A DNA stretch of 63,511 nt from Solirubrobacterales bacterium (GTDB lineage: Bacteria; Actinomycetota; Thermoleophilia; Solirubrobacterales; Solirubrobacteraceae): assembly GCA_044446505.1 (NCBI GenBank), contig JBIOEY010000001.1:1-63511 (forward strand). Direction: 5' to 3'. The position numbers and the translations under genes are program-made. Each line of letters begins with the position of its first letter. Positions within the stretch are counted from its first letter, which is position 1. Shown in pieces: positions 44,536-55,400 of this stretch. The notes beneath the pieces are model-generated. The model had not been told where the DNA came from. It made no database searches and saw only the letters and a program-made list of their open reading frames with translations.

Positions 44536-47490
44536 TCAGCTCTGGGCCAGGCCGCGCCGAAAGGCGTAGGCCGTCGCCTGGGTGCGGTTCGCGCACGCGG
44601 TCTTGCGGAGAATGCTGCGCACATGGTTCGCGGCGGTGTGCTCGCTGATGAACAGTGCGGTCCCGATCTCACGATTCGAGAGACCGCGAGCCATCAGCCG
44701 AAGCACATCGAGCTCGCGGATAGAAAGGCCGTCCGGCAGCGGCGAGCTCGACACCGGCGCGAGGGTACGGACACGCGCGAGCAGCGTGGGCATCCCCACC
44801 GCCTCGGCTAGGAGTGCGGCCTCGGCGAGCAGCTGTTCCCCGCGATCGGAGTCTCCGTGAGCGAGCAGCATGCGCCCGTACTCGTAGGCGGTATGGGCGA
44901 GCCACGTGTCCGCGCCCATCTGCCTGTTGAGGTGCAGGGCCGCCTCGAAGTGGCCGGCCGCGTCGTCGGTGTCGCCGAGCGTCGCGGCGAGCATTCCCAG
45001 GTAGCGGTCGGCGGCGCCGTAGCAGGCGACGCCGTGACCGATCATCACGTTTCTGCCGGCAAGTGGCGCGAGCAGCGGATAGACGAGCGAGGCGACCCCC
45101 TGGTGCGCGACGGCGCCGGCGGCATCGGCGAGGTAGGTGAGCGACGCCAGCCAAAGCCCCTCGCGCAGCGGGTCGAGGCCCTCAGCTTGCACGCGGTCGA
45201 GCTCGCCGCGAACCTGCTCCTCCATCGCGAGCTCGGCGAGCATCGCCGCAAGTCCTGGTCGCCACGCCCCGCCACCTCGATCGCCGGCCGCGAGGACGCG
45301 GATCACCGGGGCAAGCTCGGCAAGGCGGCCCTGCTCGCGCCGGACTCCGAACATCTGGATGCCGTAGACGCTGGAGGCGTCGCGACCGACGAGCAGTTGG
45401 CCCCATTCGCGCGAGCGCTCCGCTGCCGCGTCGGCCTCTGCGAGGTGACCCTCGAGCAGCGCCAGCGCCGATCGGTAGTGCTCTGTCACGTGGAGCATGA
45501 AGGGCTGACGTGTGCTCTTAGCCATGTCGAGGGCGATCGCGAGCTCCTCGCGTGCCGGCACGATCTCCCCGAGTGCCAGCAGCGCGGAGACCCGCCACTG
45601 GGTCGCTTCCGCCTGGCCCTCGACGTCGCCCATCTCCTCGGCCAGATCGCGTGCCTCGCCAAGCATCTCGAGAGCTTCCGCGAGGCTTGTGGTCGCGCGC
45701 GCCCAGTAGATCCCCACGAGCACCGTTGCCAGTCCGGGCCGGTCGTCGATTCGGCGTGCCATTGCGATCGCCTCCGCGCGCGCGAGGGCCGCCTGATCGG
45801 AGTCTCCCTCGAACTCGAGCGCGCGAGCAAGGCTCGCGAGCAGGCCGACACGGAGCGTGGAGTCCTCCCGCGCGAGGGCGGCCGAGGCTTCCTGGAGGAG
45901 CTCGCGGGCACCCTCGTCGGTGAGCCCTGGTCGCCAGCAGCTCGTCTCGAACCCGATTGCCGCGCGGGCGAGCAGCTCTCCCTCCCCGAGGTCTCGCGCG
46001 ATCTCAGCCGCCTGGCGGAAGGACTGCAGCGAGTCGAGCGAGCGGCCGGCGCGAAACAGGGCCGTGCCCAGGTCGAGCAGGATCTCGGCGCGTCGGCGCT
46101 CGTCCGGCACGCCCATCTGCAGAGCTGTGCGCAGACGGACGGTGGCCTCGTCGTACGCCAACGCAGCCGACGCCGCCTTCGCGGCGAGGAGGTTGTACTC
46201 CACCGCTTGCGCCGCTCCGCCGATCGGGGCCGCCGCCGCGAAATGGTGCGCCAGGTCGGCGAGCACACGCCCGTGCTGCGGCTGGTCGACCGCCTCCAGC
46301 GCCTGGGCGATGCGGAGGTGCAGCTCGGCGCGGCGCAGGACACTCAGCCGGTCATACAGCGCGCGGCGCACGAGCTCGTGCGTGAAGCGGTAGGCCAGCG
46401 CTGGGAAGGGCAGCTCCTCGATGACCCCGCTGCGCATCGCCGGTTCCAGCGCGTCGATTCGCTCGAGCTCGACGGGCGCTGCTCGGCGCAGGACGTCGAG
46501 CTCGAACTCGGGTCCGGCGACGGCGGCCAGCTCGAGCAGGTCTCTCGTTGCCGGATCGAGCCTCATCAGGCGCTGGTTAACAACCTCGTGCACGCTCTGA
46601 GGCGTCGCGATCTCTTGCAGGGGTGCAGTCAACCGGAGGGTGCCGTCTTCGATCGCGACTGCGTCGGTCTCCACAAGCGCCCGCCAGAGCTCGCAGAGCA
46701 GGAAGGCGTTGCCCTCAGTGAGATCGCGCAGCGCGCGGGAGAGTCCGGGCTCGGCGGGATCGATCTCGCCGCCGCCGGCTCGCCGCACAAAATCTTCAAC
46801 ATCGTCCTCACTGAGGCCGCCCAGATGGAGGCGCACGACCTCATCTAAGCGGCGCAGGTCAGCGAGCACGTCGGCGAGCGCGCCCGGAATGTCGGCCTCG
46901 GTGTCTCGAAACGTCGCCAGCACGAGCACACGGGCCTCGCTACTCGCACGAGCGAGGTGGCGCAGCAGCACGAGCGTGGGTGTATCCGCCCAGTGGCAGT
47001 CCTCGAGCACGAGCAGCAGCGGCTGCCGGCGACCGGCGCCCGCGAGGAGGTCGGTCACCGCCGTGTGCAGACGATGGCGCTCGGTGTCGGGGTCGGCGGA
47101 CACCGGCGCGGGCAGCCCACTGACGCGAGCGTCCAGGTCGGGAAGCAGGCGGGCGAGCTCGCCGCCCGCGCCGCCGAGGTCCGCACGGAGCACATCGGGG
47201 TCGGCGCCGCGAACGAGCTGGTCGAGCGCCTCGGCGAAGGGACGGTAGGGCGTGTGCACCACGGCGTCGCAGGCGCCGTAGAGCACGAGCGCCCCTTCGC
47301 AGGCGACCCCGTGCGCCAACTCCCGCACAAGGCGGCTCTTACCCGAGCCGGCCTCGCCGCCCAGCAGTGCGAGCCGACCACGCTCTCCGGCCTCGCGCGG
47401 AACAAGGACCCGCAGCGCCGCGAGCTCCGCCGAGCGGCCGACGAACGGAGAGGGCGGGGGGAGTCGTAGAGGGCCGGGAAGCTGTTGCAT
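44536..47490 (-). CDS. AAA/STAND ATPase - LuxR HTH regulator (LAL-like)
   Basis: FVGRSAEL, GEAGSGKS, VLEDCHWAD, TEGNAF, LSIRELDVL...SNREIG. Confidence 0.92.
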   Translation of the reverse strand: MQQLPGPLRLPPPSPFVGRSAELAALRVLVPREAGERGRLALLGGEAGSGKSRLVRELAHGVACEGALVLYGACDAVVHTPYRPFAEALDQLVRGADPDVLRADLGGAGGELARLLPDLDARVSGLPAPVSADPDTERHRLHTAVTDLLAGAGRRQPLLLVLEDCHWADTPTLVLLRHLARASSEARVLVLATFRDTEADIPGALADVLADLRRLDEVVRLHLGGLSEDDVEDFVRRAGGGEIDPAEPGLSRALRDLTEGNAFLLCELWRALVETDAVAIEDGTLRLTAPLQEIATPQSVHEVVNQRLMRLDPATRDLLELAAVAGPEFELDVLRRAAPVELERIDALEPAMRSGVIEELPFPALAYRFTHELVRRALYDRLSVLRRAELHLRIAQALEAVDQPQHGRVLADLAHHFAAAAPIGGAAQAVEYNLLAAKAASAALAYDEATVRLRTALQMGVPDERRRAEILLDLGTALFRAGRSLDSLQSFRQAAEIARDLGEGELLARAAIGFETSCWRPGLTDEGARELLQEASAALAREDSTLRVGLLASLARALEFEGDSDQAALARAEAIAMARRIDDRPGLATVLVGIYWARATTSLAEALEMLGEARDLAEEMGDVEGQAEATQWRVSALLALGEIVPAREELAIALDMAKSTRQPFMLHVTEHYRSALALLEGHLAEADAAAERSREWGQLLVGRDASSVYGIQMFGVRREQGRLAELAPVIRVLAAGDRGGGAWRPGLAAMLAELAMEEQVRGELDRVQAEGLDPLREGLWLASLTYLADAAGAVAHQGVASLVYPLLAPLAGRNVMIGHGVACYGAADRYLGMLAATLGDTDDAAGHFEAALHLNRQMGADTWLAHTAYEYGRMLLAHGDSDRGEQLLAEAALLAEAVGMPTLLARVRTLAPVSSSPLPDGLSIRELDVLRLMARGLSNREIGTALFISEHTAANHVRSILRKTACANRTQATAYAFRRGLAQS

Positions 47491-47660
47491 GGCAGGAATT
47501 TGACGCTAGTCAGATCTGATTATCGCTCTCCGATGGGTCATGCTGTGGTCGGTGAGCAAACTGTGTCAATCCAGGTCATGACAGCGGCGGTGGACCCCGT
47601 TACCGTCACCTTGCAATCGGGAGCACTCTCGGCGCGGAGTCCAACGAAGCGGAGGCAGAC

Positions 47661-49061
47661 ATGAGCACCACCACGAATGCGGCACAGGCAGCGCGAGCAG
47701 AGCTCGGGGCGAAGTTCGCGGGTGGGCTGGTCGGTCCCGCCGACCCGGGCTACGAGCAGGCGCGCGCGGTCTACAACGCGATGATCGACCGCCGGCCCGC
47801 GCTGATCGCCCGCTGCGCCGGCGCCGCGGACGTGGCGGAGACGATCTCCTTCGCGCGCCGTCACGACCTCCTGCTCGCCGTCCGCGGCGGCGGCCACAAC
47901 GGCGGCGGACTCGGGGTCTGCGACGACGGAGTCGTCCTGGATCTCTCCCTCATGCAGGCCGTCGAGGTCGATCCGGGCGCCCGCACGGTCCGCGTCGGCG
48001 GCGGCTGTACCTGGGCGCAGGTAGACGCCGCGACGCACGAGGTCGGCCTGGCCACGCCGTCGGGGATTGTCGGCACCACGGGCGTCGGCGGCCTCACTTT
48101 GGGGGGCGGCATCGGCCACCTCTCACGCAAGCACGGGCTCACAATCGACAATCTGATCGAGGCCGACGTCGTCCTCGCCGACGGCACGCAGGCGCGCGCG
48201 AGCGCCGAGGAGAACCCCGAGCTGTTCTGGGCGCTGCGGGGCGGCGGCGGCAACTTCGGCGTCGTCACCTCATTCAACTTCCGAGCGCATCCCGTCTCCA
48301 CCGTGCTGGCCGGACCGACGCTGTGGCCGCTGGAGCAGACAGCCGAGGTGATGCGCTTCTACCGTGAGTTCCTCCCCGCCGCGCCCCGTGAGTTGAGCGG
48401 GTTCTTCGCGACCATGACGGTGCCCCCCGCGGACATGTTTCCCGCCGAGCTGCACCTGCGCAAGGTATGCGGCGTGGTGTGGTGCTACACCGGCCCCCAG
48501 GACGCCGCCGCCGAGCTGTTCGCGCCCGTGCAGGCGCTCGGAACGCCGCTCCTGCACGGAGTGGCACCGATGCCGTTCCCGGCGCTCCAGAGCCTCTTCG
48601 ACGGCCTCTACGTCCCGGGACTGCAGTGGTACTGGCGCGCGGACTTCGTCCGTGAGCTCCCCGACGCGGCGATCGAGCAGCACACAGCGTTCGCGGAGAA
48701 GCTCCCGACGCTGCACTCGACCATGCACCTCTACCCGATCGACGAGGCCGTACACGACGTCGGCGCCGCTGACACACCGTTCAGCTACCGCGACTGCAAC
48801 TGGGCCGAGGTGATCGTTGGCATCGACCCCGACCCCGCCAACGCCGGTCCCATCCGCGACTGGACCGTCGACTACTGGGATGCCACACACCCCTACTCGG
48901 CCGGCGGGGCATACGTGAACTTCATGATGGACGAGGGACACGAGCGCGTGCGCGCAACCTACGGCGAGAACTACGACCGCCTCGCCACCGCCAAGGCGAC
49001 CTACGACCCGACGAACACCTTCCGCGTCAACCAGAACATCGAGCCGTCGGCGGGGGCGTGA
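47661..49061 (+). CDS. FAD-binding oxidoreductase (VAO/PCMH fold, berberine-bridge-like C-terminus)
   Basis: GGAGG RBS; AVRGGGH, GVGGLTLGGG, WALRGGGGNFGVVT, YVNF, YDPTNTFRVNQNI. Confidence 0.93.
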   Translation: MSTTTNAAQAARAELGAKFAGGLVGPADPGYEQARAVYNAMIDRRPALIARCAGAADVAETISFARRHDLLLAVRGGGHNGGGLGVCDDGVVLDLSLMQAVEVDPGARTVRVGGGCTWAQVDAATHEVGLATPSGIVGTTGVGGLTLGGGIGHLSRKHGLTIDNLIEADVVLADGTQARASAEENPELFWALRGGGGNFGVVTSFNFRAHPVSTVLAGPTLWPLEQTAEVMRFYREFLPAAPRELSGFFATMTVPPADMFPAELHLRKVCGVVWCYTGPQDAAAELFAPVQALGTPLLHGVAPMPFPALQSLFDGLYVPGLQWYWRADFVRELPDAAIEQHTAFAEKLPTLHSTMHLYPIDEAVHDVGAADTPFSYRDCNWAEVIVGIDPDPANAGPIRDWTVDYWDATHPYSAGGAYVNFMMDEGHERVRATYGENYDRLATAKATYDPTNTFRVNQNIEPSAGA

Positions 49062-49066
49062 GCGAC

Positions 49067-49093
49067 TGGAGTGCCCCTGCTTTCGTGGACACC
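49067..49093 (+). mobile_element. solo IS3-like terminal repeat
   Basis: TGGAGTGCCCCTGCTTTCGTGGACACC, matching 21272-21315. Confidence 0.5.
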
Positions 49094-49261
49094 AGGAGCG
49101 CTTGGTGCGTGGTGGCGCGGTTCGACAAGGTCAGCCGTCGATGGTCCAGGCGAGTAGCCCGATGGGGATTGCCCAGATGTTTTCGCTGAGCTGTTGCTCG
49201 GACATGTGGGTGATGTCGGGCGCGTCGAGCGATCGGTCGCGCAGGGGGAAGAGCCTGGCGC

Positions 49262-49651
49262 TCAGGAGCCGATCAGCAGCGCCACGATGAGCAGGGCGAG
49301 CAGGTGGAACGTCTGGTCCACGGCGATCGAGACCGACAGGTTTTCCTGGGGGTCGAGCCGCTTGACCCGCTTCATGTAGGCGTGCAGCAGCCGTCCGTCG
49401 TCCTGGATGAGGTGGGGGAGGAAGATCGCCGGGATCACCCACAGCAGTTCCAGGCCGAGATCGCTCACGAGCAGCGCGGGGACGAAGCAGAGCGTGTAGA
49501 CGCTGACGTGCGTGAACAGCGCTCGCCGCGCGTCTCCTGCTCCCCGCGCCAGGCCGCCGCGCTTGTAGCGGGCCTGCCAGTCGGTCTGCAGCAGGTAGTC
49601 CCCGACCAGATGGGACACCACGAACGCGGTGAAGACTTCGACCCAGGTCAT
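49262..49651 (-). CDS. DUF3307 membrane protein
   Basis: SHLVGDYLLQT, HVSVY, HLIQD, DQTFH pattern. Confidence 0.85.
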   Translation of the reverse strand: MTWVEVFTAFVVSHLVGDYLLQTDWQARYKRGGLARGAGDARRALFTHVSVYTLCFVPALLVSDLGLELLWVIPAIFLPHLIQDDGRLLHAYMKRVKRLDPQENLSVSIAVDQTFHLLALLIVALLIGS

Positions 49652-49754
49652 CCAACCCGAGAGCCTATCCGGCGGCGGGATGTCCCAGCTGGGTCGGCCT
49701 CGCCCGCGCCCGACGTGCGGACCCGCCGGGAGGGCGCTTAGTAGCCTTGGCGCC

Positions 49755-51662
49755 GTGAGTGCGATACCTCACGGGAGCCTGGGGAGCCCGTTTCCGCCGA
49801 TCGCCGACTACGGCTTCCTGTCGGACTGCGAGACCTGCGTGCTGATCGCCCCGAGCGGCAACGTCGAGTGGATGTGCCTGCCGCGCCTGGACTCGCCGAG
49901 CGTGTTCGGGGCGATACTCGACCGCGACGCCGGCGGCTTCCGCCTGGGGCCGGCCGGTGTGACCGTGCCCGGCGCGGTGCGCTATCTGCCGGGCACGCTG
50001 GTGCTCGAGACCAGCTGGGAGACGCGCACCGGGTGGGTGGTGGTTCGCGACGTGCTCTGCATCGGGCCGTGGTACCACAACGAGGAGCGCTCGCGCACCC
50101 ACCGGCGCTCGCCGACCGACTACGACGCCGACCACGTGCTGCTGCGGACCGTGTTCTGCGTACAGGGATGGGCCGAGATCCACCTCGACTGCGAACCGGT
50201 CTTCGACTACGGGGGCCTCGCCGCCGAGTGGTCCTATACGGGCTCGGGCTACAACGAGGCCACCGCCGGCTCGGAGGGCATGGAGCTCAAGCTGCGGCTG
50301 GTCACGGACATGAACCTCGGGTTCGAGGGCCCGCGCGCCCGGGCGCGCACGATCCTGCGCGAAGGGGAGGCCGCGTTCGCGGCGCTCGGCTGGTCCGAGC
50401 ACCCGCTGCCCACCACCTACGAGGAGGCCAACCAGCGGCTCGTGCGCACCGCCCACCACTGGCAGGAGTGGCTCAAGCAGGGGACCTTCCCCGACCATCC
50501 CTGGCGCACATATCTGCAGCGCAGCGCCCTCACGTTGAAGGGGCTGAGCTATGCGCCCACCGGGGCGATGGTGGCGGCGGCCACCACCTCCCTGCCGGAG
50601 ACCGTGGGCGGCGAACGCAACTGGGACTACCGCTACACGTGGATCCGCGACTCGACCTTCATGCTGTGGGCCCTCTACACCCTCGGCTTCGACTGGGAGG
50701 CCAACGACTTCTTCTACTTCGTCGCGGACCTCGCCGAGGCCGAGGAGGGCGAGCTTCAGATCATGTACGGGATCGGCGGGGAGAGCCGCTTGGACGAGCA
50801 CGAGCTCGACCATCTCTCCGGCTACGGCGGGGCGCGGCCGGTGCGCATCGGCAACGGGGCCTACCGCCAGCGCCAGCACGACGTGTGGGGCGCCGTGCTC
50901 GACTCGATCTACCTGCACACCAGATCGCGCGACCAGCTGCCCGACCGGCTGTGGCCGATCATCAAGCGCCAGGTCGCCGGTGCGCTTGCGCACTGGCGCG
51001 AGCCCGACCACGGGATCTGGGAGGTCCGCGGCGAGCCCCAGCACTTCACCTCCTCCAAGCTCATGTGCTGGGTGGCCGCCGACCGCGGGGCCCGCCTCGC
51101 GCAGCTGCGCGACGACCGCGAGTGGGCCGAGCGCTGGAACGCGGCGGCCGAGGAGATCCACGCCGACATCTGCGCGCACGGGGTCGACGAGCGCGGCGTC
51201 TTCACCCAGTACTACGGCACGACCGCGCTCGACGCCTCGCTGCTGCTGATGCCGCTCGTGCGCTTCCTGCCGGCCGACGATCCGCGCATCGTGGCCACCG
51301 TCCTGGCGATCGCCGACGAACTCACCGAGGATGGGCTGGTGCTGCGCTACCGCGTCGAGGAGACCGACGACGGGCTCACCGGCGAGGAGGGATCCTTCAC
51401 GATCTGCTCCTTCTGGCTCGTATCCGCGCTCTGCGAGATCGGCGAGCTCGAGCGGGCGCGGGCGCTGTGCGAGAAGCTCATCTCCCACGCGAGCCCATTG
51501 GGGCTCTACGCCGAGGAGATCGAGCCGCGCACCGGCCGCCACCTGGGCAACTTCCCCCAGGCCTTCACCCACCTGGCGCTGATCAACGCCGTGATGCACG
51601 TCATCAGGGCCGAGCGCGGCGAACAGGATCGGGACCCGGCGATCGCCACGGTGCTCCGATGA
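49755..51662 (+). CDS. glycoside hydrolase family 15 (trehalase/glucoamylase-like)
   Basis: IADYGFLSDC, ATTSLPE, NWDYRYTWIRD, PDHGIWEVRG, LGNFPQAFTH. Confidence 0.93.
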   Translation: MSAIPHGSLGSPFPPIADYGFLSDCETCVLIAPSGNVEWMCLPRLDSPSVFGAILDRDAGGFRLGPAGVTVPGAVRYLPGTLVLETSWETRTGWVVVRDVLCIGPWYHNEERSRTHRRSPTDYDADHVLLRTVFCVQGWAEIHLDCEPVFDYGGLAAEWSYTGSGYNEATAGSEGMELKLRLVTDMNLGFEGPRARARTILREGEAAFAALGWSEHPLPTTYEEANQRLVRTAHHWQEWLKQGTFPDHPWRTYLQRSALTLKGLSYAPTGAMVAAATTSLPETVGGERNWDYRYTWIRDSTFMLWALYTLGFDWEANDFFYFVADLAEAEEGELQIMYGIGGESRLDEHELDHLSGYGGARPVRIGNGAYRQRQHDVWGAVLDSIYLHTRSRDQLPDRLWPIIKRQVAGALAHWREPDHGIWEVRGEPQHFTSSKLMCWVAADRGARLAQLRDDREWAERWNAAAEEIHADICAHGVDERGVFTQYYGTTALDASLLLMPLVRFLPADDPRIVATVLAIADELTEDGLVLRYRVEETDDGLTGEEGSFTICSFWLVSALCEIGELERARALCEKLISHASPLGLYAEEIEPRTGRHLGNFPQAFTHLALINAVMHVIRAERGEQDRDPAIATVLR

Positions 51663-52426
51663 GCACCGGTTCGACCTACCTGCGCCTGGAGGTGATCAGC
51701 GGCAAGGCCACCGGCGACACGATCGTCGTCGAGGACGAGCTCATCATCGGGCGTCACGCCGACGGGCCCGGCAGGCTCTCCGAGGACGAGGAGATATCCC
51801 GCCAGCACGCCCGCATCTCGCGCGAGGCCACCGGCGACTATGCGATTGAGGATCTCGGCTCCTCCAACGGCACGTTCGTCAACGGCCTGCGGATCCAGAG
51901 CCCCCGTCTGCTGTCGCTTGGCGACTCGATCGAGGCCGGGGCCACGACGCTGGTAGTCAGGGCGATCGTGCGGCAGGAGCCCGCCGCCGCGGCCCCCGAC
52001 ACCGCGGACAGACCGGTCTCGGAGCCTCGCAGCGCCCCCACCGTGTTCGCGCAGAGCCCTGCCGTAGAGCAGGCGACGTCGCCCCCCGTTCAGGAGCCCG
52101 TGCCGGCAGCCGAGCCGACTGTGTCCGCGGAGTCCGCCCCACCATCCGTCTCATCCGAGGAGGCCGCCTCACCATCCGTCTCATCCGCGGAGGCCGCCTC
52201 ACCGTCCGTCTCCTCGCCTGTGCCCCCGCCGGTGAGCGAGAGCGCCCTGTCGCCCTCGTCGGCGGAGCCGGCCGGCCGGACTCCGCCGCTGGTCCTCACG
52301 CTGGAGGTCGATTTCGACGCACGCGAGGCGCGGATCGCGCTCGGGGGCAACGGGGAGACGGTCAGTCTGGTCTTCGAGGACGGGGTTTGGCGGGCCAGCC
52401 CGGCGGAGCCCGATCCAGATGGATAG
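51659..52426 (+). CDS. FHA-domain protein with Ser/Pro-rich linker
   Basis: IIGR, ISRQHARI, DLGSSNGTFVNG; ATGA-coupled to GH15. Confidence 0.9.
   Translation: MSTGSTYLRLEVISGKATGDTIVVEDELIIGRHADGPGRLSEDEEISRQHARISREATGDYAIEDLGSSNGTFVNGLRIQSPRLLSLGDSIEAGATTLVVRAIVRQEPAAAAPDTADRPVSEPRSAPTVFAQSPAVEQATSPPVQEPVPAAEPTVSAESAPPSVSSEEAASPSVSSAEAASPSVSSPVPPPVSESALSPSSAEPAGRTPPLVLTLEVDFDAREARIALGGNGETVSLVFEDGVWRASPAEPDPDG
52141..52212 (+). repeat. 30-bp coding tandem repeat (~2.4 units, PSVSSxEAAS)
   Basis: ACCATCCGTCTCATCCG(A/C)GGAGGCCGCCTC x2 plus a partial unit. Confidence 0.9.
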
Positions 52427-52436
52427 CGCTTTGCGA

Positions 52437-55400
52437 TCAGGGACCCACGCCGGCGGTTGACCAACCGAAGCGCGTCAGCTCGGTCGAGGGAGCCAGCGCC
52501 CCGGGGCGCGCGCCGCGCCGGACGAAGACGATCGGCGCCGGGGCCGAGCGGGCGATCGCCCGGCGGGTCTCTCCCAGCCCCTCCTTGCGCCAGCGGTCGG
52601 AGAGGCCGACCATCAGCAGCCCCGCTCCGGCTGTCGCGGCGAGGATGCCCTCGCGGCCGGGCTCGGCGAGGACCGGCTCGGCCGAGACCCCCGCGAACTG
52701 CTGCACGATCAACGCCGCGTTCGCCAGCAGGCCGCTGGCGTCGCGGCCGTCCTCCCGGCGCCCGGAGGAGCCGAGCAGCTGCAGCGGCGCCCCGCTGGCG
52801 GCGGCGATCCAGCTCGCGAGCTCCAGCGCCGCCCAGTCGTGGTCGGCGCCCCCGAAGGGCACCATCACCGAGCGATCCGGGCCGGGGCCGACCTCCGCGT
52901 CCTCGCGGGCCACAAGGACCGCCACGTCGCAGCGGGCCTCGTTCAGCACCGTTCCCACCTCCTCGCGGGGAACGCCATCGCCGAGCAGCGGCCGGCGGCC
53001 GTCGAGCAGCACCAGGTCGACCTCCTCGTCGCGGCACAGCCGCGTGAGGTCGCGGCCGGGATCGGCCGATGTCAGCGCCACGGCGCGCGCGTCCAGACCC
53101 GCGTCCAGCAGTTCCACGCGCTTGCGCTGCAGCTGGTCGGATGCCTCGCTCACCCGCCGCGCCTCGGTCTGCAGGCCCCCGCGCACCGTTGCGCCCCGCG
53201 GCGGCCTGACGAGGCGGGCGAGCACGAGCTCGCGGCGCGGCTCCGAGCGTGCCAGCGGCTCGGCCAGCGCCAGCAGCTGCTCGAGGGCCGCCGCGCTCTG
53301 GGGCGCCACCAGGATCGAATGCTCAGGCGCGGCGCCCGGCCGCACGGCGGGCGCCCGCGCGCTGGCTGCGAGCTCCTCCTCGGGCTCCTCCCCGTAGGCG
53401 TTGTGCGGATCGAGCACCCGTATCAGTGGCCCCGCCATGAACGTCGTCACGAGCGCCATGATCACCAGCGCCGTGAACAGCGCCGATGAGATCGCCCCCG
53501 TGCTGAGCGCCAGGTTGAGCACGATCAGCTCGGTCAGCCCGCGCGTGTTCATCAGCGCCCCCAGCACCGCCGATTGGCGCCACGGCATGCGGATCACGCG
53601 AGCCGCGATCAGCGTCCCACCGTACTTGCCGACGATCGCGATCGCGCACAGGCCGACCGTGATCGCGATCAGCTGTCCGCGGCCGAGCAGCCCCACGTTG
53701 GTGCGCAGGCCCGTGTAGGCGAAGAACAGTGGCAGCAGCAGCGTCAGGACGAAGTCCTCCACACGACGCGTCACGTCTTCGCTGAGCCCCGCGTGGCGGG
53801 GCATCGAGATCCCCATCACGAATGCGCCGAAGATCACCGCGATCCCGATCGTCTCGGTGGTGATCGCCGACAGGAGCACCCCCGCGAAGATCGCCGTGAT
53901 CCACGTGCCCGGCACGTGCCCCGCCTCGTCGTACGCGACCGCCGCCCGCGCCAGCAGCGGGCGCACCAGGAAGGCCATACCCACGCAGAACACCGCGGCC
54001 CAACCGATCGTTTCGAGCACCGCCACGCCACTGCCGGCGCTCGCCACCGCCGTCGCGAGCGCGATCAGAAACCACGCCGACACGTCGTCCACCGCCGCCG
54101 CCGACAGCGCCAGCGCGCCCAACGGCCGCTTGAGCATGCGCCGCTCGGAGATGATCCGCGCCAGCACCGGAAACGCGGTGATCGACATCGACACCCCGAC
54201 GAACAGCGCGAACGCCGCGAAACGGATGTCCGGAGCAAGCAGGGGATAGAGCGGCAGCGCCACGAGCATCCCCAGCATCAGCGGCACCAGCAGCGCGGTG
54301 TTCGAGACGGCGAGGGTCACCCTCGCGCGGCCGCGAAGCTGCCCGAGATCGACCTCCAGGCCGATCAAGAACATGTAGAAGATCAGCCCCAGATTCGCCG
54401 TCACGCCGATGTAGGGGACGATGTCCGGCGCGAAGATCGTCGCCTGCAGGTGGGGGGCGAGCGCCCCGAACAGGGTCGGGCCGAGCAGGATCCCCGCGAG
54501 CACCTCGCCCATCACCCGCGGCTGGCGGATCTTCGGCATCAGGCTTCCGCACAGGCGCGCGAACAGCATCACGATCACGACTGCGATGAAGAACGCCACC
54601 ACGGTGTTTTCGGCGGTGCGCTGCCTGGTCGCCGCGAGGTGTTCCGGCAGCGGCGCCGCCGCGGTCGCGCCGGCCGGGTTGGGCGGGGATCCCGCTGTCC
54701 CGCCGGCCGCCGTGCCGGCCGCGGCCGGTGGGGTCGCGGCCTTGGCGCCGCTCACCGCGCTCTGAGCGGCGACCTTGGGCGCGGGTGACGTGAGCATCAG
54801 GTCCAGCGCGCGGCCCGCCGCTGTGCCGGCCACCGTGCGCCGCCCGCCGTGCTCGCAGGAGACCGCGCCGGCGAGGACGCCCGACTTGTAGATCAGGGTG
54901 CCCCGCGGCTTTTTCGAGCTCACCACCTTGACCCTCGAGCCCGACTGCGTGAGCTTCATCTTGCCGCCGAGACACGCCGAACTCGGAGCGAGCTGGTATT
55001 CGCCGCCCACCGACCCCGGGGCGAGCGGTTTGGGGGCCCCCGGTTCGGGGGGATCGCGCTTGAGTTCGGCACCCACCGGCAGCGCTCCGAGCGAGCCCGC
55101 GAGCACGCCGCTCGCGACGTGGGCGTCGATCTGGGCGACGCGGCCCCGCACGCAGTGCACCGCGCCGCTCAGGTGCCCGTTCACGAACTTCAACGCGCCA
55201 CTGAGCGTCGACTCGGCGTTGGAGATCGTGACGAACCGGCCCGACTGCGCCAGTTCGATCTTCGGCCCGAGGCAGCCGGCCGCCGCCGAGACGTCGTAGC
55301 CCCCCGCGATCTGCCGCTGGGCGTGCTTGGTGGCGCCCGAGGCAAATACGAAGACCGCCACGCCGGCGGTCACCAGGGCCAGCAGGACATAGTGGACAGC

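Noticed and set aside
49131-49260. C-terminal scrap resembling an ATP-binding protein end (LSENIWAIPIGLLAW)
   Set aside because: Too short to assign without a search
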